64,000 nt of DNA, taken from positions 130,895 to 194,894 of the forward strand of contig JBECUI020000034.1 in the NCBI GenBank assembly GCA_040954595.2, read 5' to 3'. Numbering within the stretch: position 1 is the stretch's first letter; each line of letters starts with the position of its first letter. The translations under genes and the position numbers were made by a program. The notes below the pieces were generated by a model. The model saw nothing but the letters and a program-made list of their open reading frames with translations, did not search any database and was not told the origin of the DNA. Shown in pieces: positions 58,377 to 64,000 of the stretch. Source of the stretch: Balanoglossus misakiensis (taxonomy: Eukaryota; Animalia; Hemichordata).

Positions 58377-59612
58377 GTGTATCTTGTAGTGTTAGGGTTG
58401 CAATGGGGAGATGAGGGAAAGGGTAAAATAGTAGATTTTCTTGCTGCAGAGGCTGATGCAGTTTTGCGTTTTGCTGGTGGTCCGAATGCTGGTCATCGAG
58501 TAGTCAAGAAAGGTAAGAATTATGATTTTCATCTTTTACCGTCAGGAATTCTCAATGAACATGCTACTGTTGCAATTGGAAACAACGTGGTGCTGGACAT
58601 TGAGCAATTATTTTCTGAAATCGACATGGTAGAGTCCTGCGGGATCTCAACCAAGGGACGGATATTCATCAGTGAACGAGCACATGTTATTCTTCCGTCC
58701 TATCGTGATAAAGATAAAGAAAATGAATCAATGCGAAAGAACCCCATTGGTACAACCGGCAAAGGCATTGGAGCAAGCTATGCTCATAAGGCTGAACGTA
58801 CAGGAATTCGAGTTATTGATATGTTTTCACGACATGTTGCTGAAGAGTTTGATGAACCTGCCCGGCAGTATATTGAGAAGTATGCCAAACGCATAGAACC
58901 ATTTGTTACCAATATTGGCACGTATATTGATAAGCATGCGAGTGGAAACATTCTTCTGGAAGGGGCACAAGGTGTGCTGCTAGATGTCGATTTAGGCACC
59001 TATCCATATGTTACAAGCACGAATACCGGCATTGCCAGTGCCTTAGTAGGCATGAGCAGAGGCAATGTCTCTACTCTTCAAAGCATTGGGGTATTGAAGA
59101 TGTACAGTTCCCGGGTCGGATTCGGTCCATTTCCCTCAGAGCTAAAGAAAGAAGACGATGAATTACTTCAGCATATCAGGGATGCTGGATTTGAGTACGG
59201 TATCACAACCGGACGCCCTCGGCGATGTGGCTACCTTGATCTGGTGGCAATAAAGTATGCCTGCCAGATTAATAACGTAACATCCCTCGCATTAACACAT
59301 GCAGACGTGTATGATAAAGTTGATAAAATCGGCTTCTGTACTGCCTACAGAAAAGGCGATGAAAAAATTACCCACTTTCCCGCATCAATTGATACATTAG
59401 AAGAGGTCGAAGTAGAGTTAGAGTACTTTGATGGATGGCTAAAAGACATTACAGGGCTTCGTAGTTTCGATGACCTCCCACAGAAATTACTGTCGTGTAT
59501 CGATTTTATTGAGTCCTATGTTGGGGCACGGGTGGATATTCTTTCTGTTGGTCCAGCAGATCAGCAGACCATTGTTCGCAAGAATCCTTGGAAGAAAAAA
59601 CCGAGGATTTAG
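58377..59612 (+). CDS. purA: Adenylosuccinate synthetase
   Basis: GLQWGDEGKGKI, GGPNAGH, IGTTGKGIG, EGAQG.LLD...GTYPYVTS, EYG.TTGRPRR. Confidence 0.97.
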   Translation: MYLVVLGLQWGDEGKGKIVDFLAAEADAVLRFAGGPNAGHRVVKKGKNYDFHLLPSGILNEHATVAIGNNVVLDIEQLFSEIDMVESCGISTKGRIFISERAHVILPSYRDKDKENESMRKNPIGTTGKGIGASYAHKAERTGIRVIDMFSRHVAEEFDEPARQYIEKYAKRIEPFVTNIGTYIDKHASGNILLEGAQGVLLDVDLGTYPYVTSTNTGIASALVGMSRGNVSTLQSIGVLKMYSSRVGFGPFPSELKKEDDELLQHIRDAGFEYGITTGRPRRCGYLDLVAIKYACQINNVTSLALTHADVYDKVDKIGFCTAYRKGDEKITHFPASIDTLEEVEVELEYFDGWLKDITGLRSFDDLPQKLLSCIDFIESYVGARVDILSVGPADQQTIVRKNPWKKKPRI

Positions 59613-60607
59613 GGCAACTGAATGGGAAGGTAAAGAGCGGTTAAGTTCTCCTCCGGTCTATTCTTATCGAAGCTTTCATAGATTTCCAGTGCTGGGGCCT
59701 TAGAATCCCACTTTAATTTCATCATTTCTGCTTGTGAAATTAATCGATACCATGCTTCTTTTATGTATTTCATGTTTCCTGTAAGTAGAAGTTTCAGTGC
59801 TTGGACACTTTCAAGGTTACCGTAAGGCAGGGAAGATTGACTATCTTGATCAATCGGAATGGCTGCAAGACAATCAACAATATTCTTTCGTGTATTAACT
59901 TTCCTGTAGATGATCATAGGATGCCCTGCTTGTTCCAGGTTAGCTTCCTTCAATTCTATAAATAACTTGGGAAAGTTCTCTTCCAGAAAGTCAGGCAAAA
60001 CTTCCAGACTTCCTTTGAAAGTTTTATAAATATAACGAATTGGCGGAACCTCATTAATGCCTTCAAAAGAAAAAGAAAATAGTTCTTCTTTTGGATCAAG
60101 GCACAATGCTAATCGGTTTAGCCCTAATTCAAAATCTCTTTGTATTCCCTTGCTTACTTTTGATGCCATGAAGCGCAGAAAAAAGGGCATGCCCCCGCGA
60201 AAGCCCCATGTTACCAAAGTAGCTCCGTTTTGTTCTTCAAACTCCCAGTAGGTGGTACATACTGAACGAAAGGGTTTTATAAAGGTTATTTGTTGTTTAA
60301 TATATTTGTTGGGAATAATTTCTATGTGTTCCATGCTTCCTGAACCAATAATTTTCCCCTCCCAGAAATGGGTTGCTCCAACTACTGTACAATCTAGCGA
60401 GTTCGTCATATGTGCATCCGGTTCATGCATAGACCAGGGATCCCAATTCGGCATTTTATCAAAATCAAGCACCATTTTAAAGACTTTTTCAATTGATACG
60501 TGCATAACTCTTGAACACCTTACATGATACTTTCCGTCGCAGAATAAAAGGTAAATAACCGGAATTAAAATAGCACCAGCTACAGATAGAATAATTATTA
60601 ACATCAT
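59609..60607 (-). CDS. Membrane-anchored SRPBCC + GyrI-like ligand-binding protein
   Basis: TM, V..S......KVF..V.DF....W.PW, W.G...GSG, DFE.GL..L, then a GyrI-like tail ending ALEIYE...T.LYLPI; own TTGTAT-17-TATCCT promoter and GGAGG RBS. Confidence 0.8.
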   Translation of the reverse strand: MMLIIILSVAGAILIPVIYLLFCDGKYHVRCSRVMHVSIEKVFKMVLDFDKMPNWDPWSMHEPDAHMTNSLDCTVVGATHFWEGKIIGSGSMEHIEIIPNKYIKQQITFIKPFRSVCTTYWEFEEQNGATLVTWGFRGGMPFFLRFMASKVSKGIQRDFELGLNRLALCLDPKEELFSFSFEGINEVPPIRYIYKTFKGSLEVLPDFLEENFPKLFIELKEANLEQAGHPMIIYRKVNTRKNIVDCLAAIPIDQDSQSSLPYGNLESVQALKLLLTGNMKYIKEAWYRLISQAEMMKLKWDSKAPALEIYESFDKNRPEENLTALYLPIQLP

Positions 60608-60659
60608 ATATTTCCTCCCATGAGGATAGCATACAAATAGTTAAGATACAAGAATTCTC

Positions 60660-61619
60660 TTATTCAAATCCTACTTCGTCTTCGATAATGTACCTGGGGC
60701 GCTGTTTTATTTCTTCGCATATAATGGCTATGTATTTGCCAATAATCCCCAGTGCCAGCAGGTGTATTCCACCAAGAAAATAGATTGATACCATCATCAA
60801 GGTGTTATCCGAAATGGAAATATTGGCAAATATTTTTAGATAGAATATCCATATAGCGACCACAATGCTTGCAGAAAAGATAAGAAATCCAAGTAGGGTT
60901 ATAAATTTCAAGGGAGCTACTGAGAAGGAAGTAATGCCGTTAATGGCGAGAGCTATCAATTTTCGTAGGTTGTATTTACTCTTTCCGCCAATACGTTTTT
61001 GGTAGGCGTAATGGGATTTGCCGATGCGAAAGCCCATATTGGTAAAAATCCCTCGAAGATACACAGTGCGCTCTTGGTAGAGATGAAGGGCATTTAGAGC
61101 ATGTTTGCCCATAAGACGTGTCTCTGAGTGATCCGGAATGCTATTTATTCCCAATAATTGCATGAATTTATAATACATACCTGCTGTTACCCGCCTAAAA
61201 ATGCTGGTAGCCTGCCGGTTATTGGAAATACCGAAGACAATTTCATGACCCACGCGGTATTTTTCCACCATGTCGGGAATGACAGCCTCCGGTCCATGTT
61301 GAAGATCTGCATCGGTACTGATAGCACAATCGCATTTTTCCCGTACCCACTCAAGTCCGGCGAGTAGGGCATTTTGCTGTCCCACATTTTTACTGAGTTT
61401 AATGGCAGTTACCTGTGGATTTTCTTTTGCTTGTTTTTGGAGAATTTCCCAGCTTCGGTCCGAACTGCCATCATCAATATAACAACAATAACTGTTTGTA
61501 GCTATTGTATTCTTTTGAATAAGACTTGTAAGTATACCTTGGATAAGGTTAATGCTCTTTTCAAGGATATCTTCTTCATTATAGCTAGGTAATACTATTG
61601 CTAGTCGTGGCTTATCCAT
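60660..61619 (-). CDS. GT2 polyprenol-phosphate glycosyltransferase (GtrB/YkoT-like)
   Basis: PSYNEE, DDGSSD, N.GQQNALLAGL, DADLQ, G.SKY, ITSFS..PL, two TMs, RPRYII. Confidence 0.9.
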   Translation of the reverse strand: MDKPRLAIVLPSYNEEDILEKSINLIQGILTSLIQKNTIATNSYCCYIDDGSSDRSWEILQKQAKENPQVTAIKLSKNVGQQNALLAGLEWVREKCDCAISTDADLQHGPEAVIPDMVEKYRVGHEIVFGISNNRQATSIFRRVTAGMYYKFMQLLGINSIPDHSETRLMGKHALNALHLYQERTVYLRGIFTNMGFRIGKSHYAYQKRIGGKSKYNLRKLIALAINGITSFSVAPLKFITLLGFLIFSASIVVAIWIFYLKIFANISISDNTLMMVSIYFLGGIHLLALGIIGKYIAIICEEIKQRPRYIIEDEVGFE

Positions 61620-61620
61620 T

Positions 61621-62508
61621 CTAGCCCTTTATTGAACCAGCAAGTAATCCACGAACAAGATATTTCTGTAAAAGAAAAAAGACCAGCAAAGGAAGGATCA
61701 TACTAATAAATGCCGCAGATGTTAACAGATGCCAATCTTGACCACGTGATCCTGCTAAATTTAGTAGTCGCTGTGTTAAGACTTCATTTCTAATGCCACT
61801 ACCACTTAAAAAGACAAGTGCAACTAGAAGATCATTCCAGACCCAAAGAAATTGAAGAATTGCAAAGGATGCCAGTACCGGTATTGATAGGGGCAAGATG
61901 AGACGAACAAATATGGTAAAATGAGAAGAGCCGTCGACGAGTGCAGATTCAATTATGCTCTGCGGTATTTGTGCTATATAGTTGTACATAATGTAACAGG
62001 CAAGGGGCAGACCAAACCCGGTATGGGCAAGCCAAATACCGAGATACGTAGCATTCAGGCCTATCTTGCTGTAATCGCTCAGTATGGGAATTAAGGATAT
62101 TTGTAGTGGCACAACGAGGAGCCCGACAACAATGGCAAAAGCAATTGCTCGTCCTCTAAAACGAAGCCATGCAAAGCCATATGCAGCACATGCGGCAATA
62201 AGAATGGGTATACAAACTGCCGGAATGGCAACTGTAAGGCTACTGAGAAGAGCATTAAAAAAATCCGCACCTGTTCCGGTACTGGTTGCACCTGAGCTAA
62301 ATACACGAAGGTAATTGTCGCCTGTAAAGGCCGCTACATCTCGAAAGGATTCCCACCAGCCAGTTGTAGATGCTGCACTACGGGTCCGAAAGGAAGTTAC
62401 CAATAATCCAAGAGTTGGAATAAGCCATAATAAACACATGGCAGCCATAAGAGTGTTTACAAGAAATTTCTGAAGATGACTCTGTCCTGCCCATTCGTTT
62501 TTTTTCAT
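61621..62508 (-). CDS. Carbohydrate ABC permease (AglG/MalG-like)
   Basis: IIESALVDG EAA loop, QFLWVWNDLL, LQKYLVRGLLAGSIKG. Confidence 0.92.
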   Translation of the reverse strand: MKKNEWAGQSHLQKFLVNTLMAAMCLLWLIPTLGLLVTSFRTRSAASTTGWWESFRDVAAFTGDNYLRVFSSGATSTGTGADFFNALLSSLTVAIPAVCIPILIAACAAYGFAWLRFRGRAIAFAIVVGLLVVPLQISLIPILSDYSKIGLNATYLGIWLAHTGFGLPLACYIMYNYIAQIPQSIIESALVDGSSHFTIFVRLILPLSIPVLASFAILQFLWVWNDLLVALVFLSGSGIRNEVLTQRLLNLAGSRGQDWHLLTSAAFISMILPLLVFFLLQKYLVRGLLAGSIKG

Positions 62509-63590
62509 TTGAATCCCTTATTAAAGTTTCGTAGGTTGTAGATCATAGCAGGAATAACCGCTATAAAAATTACAATGGCAATAGCACTTCCTTGCCCGTA
62601 ATGCAGAAACTTGAACATAGACTTAAATTGTTGACTTGCCAAGACCTCAGTTCCATAGAGACCGTTGGTAATTGTATAAACAATATCAAAAATCTTCAAA
62701 GTCAGAATAAGAATCGTTGTTGCAACCGTAACAATGGTATGTGCTATAGATGGTATAATGATGTCTGTAATAATACGAAATTCACCGACTCCATCTATTC
62801 GTGCTGCTTCAATAATGTCGGTAGAAACACCCTTTATTGCAGCAGAGAAAATGACCATAGCAAATCCGGTTTGTAACCATACAAAAATAACAATTAAAAA
62901 GAATGAATTCCATGGCCGTAAAATAAGCCAATTCTGCGGCTGCTCAATGAAATTCATTGCAATAGCATTCAGTAATCCAATTTGAGGTGTGCCGAGAGGG
63001 CGAAAGGCATAGATAAAGCGCCATATAATACCCGCACCCACAAAGGATATTGCAAGGGGCATAAAAATAAGAGCGCGTGCAATTTTTTCCCACCGAACAC
63101 GATCGCTCAGTATTGCAGCAGAGAGTCCGAGAAGAACACAAAACCCTGTGCCAAATATCAACCAAAGCGCATTGTTTATTACTGCTACCTTCATTTCAGC
63201 ATTTGAAAAAATATAAGCGTAATTTTCCCATCCGACAAATATTTCGCTATTTCTATCCATAAAACTGAGTATGAGGGTGCGGAATGCCGGTAATAATAAA
63301 TACCAGCCCAAAATAAGCAATGCAGGACCAACAAATACCAGTGGCTCAAACCATGTGCGCAGAGCTCTTGGAAGGCGTATGAGGATGAAATTCAGTGTAT
63401 AAAATAATCCGGCTATACTGCCCAATCCCCAGACAATAGCTATAAGCGTCAAGGGAATCTTATGAATGTTCGCATCCCGTAAAAAAAAGAACCCGGTAAA
63501 AAAGAATAATAAATATATCGTACCAAGTGCTACGACATGCAAAAAGGTAATAAATGAATTTGTCTGAGCCCGTGTTTCTATCATTGTCAT
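62505..63590 (-). CDS. Carbohydrate ABC permease (AglF/MalF-like)
   Basis: FVGWENY, FMPLAISFVGA.IIW, IGLLNA, EAARIDG, LKIFD. Confidence 0.92.
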   Translation of the reverse strand: MTMIETRAQTNSFITFLHVVALGTIYLLFFFTGFFFLRDANIHKIPLTLIAIVWGLGSIAGLFYTLNFILIRLPRALRTWFEPLVFVGPALLILGWYLLLPAFRTLILSFMDRNSEIFVGWENYAYIFSNAEMKVAVINNALWLIFGTGFCVLLGLSAAILSDRVRWEKIARALIFMPLAISFVGAGIIWRFIYAFRPLGTPQIGLLNAIAMNFIEQPQNWLILRPWNSFFLIVIFVWLQTGFAMVIFSAAIKGVSTDIIEAARIDGVGEFRIITDIIIPSIAHTIVTVATTILILTLKIFDIVYTITNGLYGTEVLASQQFKSMFKFLHYGQGSAIAIVIFIAVIPAMIYNLRNFNKGFK

Positions 63591-63596
63591 CCTAAT

Positions 63597-63636
63597 AAAA
63601 AAAACTACAAAGCCGAGTTATGCCCGGCTTTATAGT
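63597..63636 (-). terminator. Intrinsic terminator/stem-loop between the binding-protein and permease genes
   Basis: Minus strand ACTATAAAGCCGGG-CATAA-CTCGGCTTTGTAGT followed by a T-run. Confidence 0.8.
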
Positions 63637-63649
63637 CTACACGAGTTAG

Positions 63650-64000
63650 TTATGGCCAACTTTGTTCAATATCGTTCAAAACTGCTCGTTCATTTTTGCC
63701 ACTGACCCAGTCAACTATCCCGGTCCAAAAAGACCCGTTTCCTACTTCCGGTGGCATAAGATCTGAACCGTCAAAGCGGAATGCTGTTGCTTCAATAACA
63801 GCTTGTGCTAGGGTTCGCTCAATTTCTGTCTTATATACGGCAATATCTTGATCCAGATAGGGGAATAGTGCTCCACCACGGGCTGCCCAAGTTTTACCCG
63901 ATTCCCAAGATGCTAAGAAAGACATGACTGCCTGTACCTCGGGGGAGTTATTGAATGCAACATAGAGTTCGCCTCCACCTAACATGGGAGGAGATGCAAC
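63650..64000 (-). CDS. Alpha-glucoside-type ABC substrate-binding protein (AglE/GgtB-like), C-terminal part
   Basis: LGGG, FRFDGSDLMP.EVG..SFW.G.VDWV.G...IE.SWP. Confidence 0.82.
   Translation of the reverse strand, partial: VASPPMLGGGELYVAFNNSPEVQAVMSFLASWESGKTWAARGGALFPYLDQDIAVYKTEIERTLAQAVIEATAFRFDGSDLMPPEVGNGSFWTGIVDWVSGKNERAVLNDIEQSWP

Overview
A 64-kb core-chromosome segment from a spirochaete (Spirochaetia). Gene order recalls Borrelia/Treponema blocks, but the window also carries biosynthetic genes. Contents in order: mrdA(3' end)-rodA-HD protein-glnS; ilvB-ilvN-leuC-leuD-ilvD (minus); prenyl diphosphate synthase; pdxST divergent from yggS-hyp-rluD-murI-rsgA-mutS2; a decayed sugar-acid (KDG-type) island in which only a DUF1893 gene is intact; lipoprotein plus V/A-type ATPase E-(DUF2764)-A-B-D-I-K; TPR-uvrA-lptD; phoH-ybeY-tlyC-TPR; gap-pgk-tpiA-secG-hyp-DnaJ-SurA-like-nusB-map-htrA-PRTase; TP0733-like barrel plus lipoprotein; folD-folE2-split purH-LCP; lapA-SPOR; pallilysin-related adhesin; purA; SRPBCC/GyrI; GT2; alpha-glucoside-type ABC transporter (partial). 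Many essential genes carry single-base indels, mostly in homopolymers and densest at about 39-48 kb. These are best read as long-read consensus errors, so coordinates of broken genes are reconstructed by hand. I saw no rRNA, tRNA, CRISPR array, transposase, prophage or defence system, and I cannot claim a new multi-gene system. The best leads are the fossil IclR/KdgK/SDR island around intact DUF1893, an LCP protein with three degenerate ~95-aa repeats, recurrent leaderless promoter architecture, a possible PGK-TPI fusion and a naturally split PurH. Family calls come from motif recognition and recalled homologues, not database searches.
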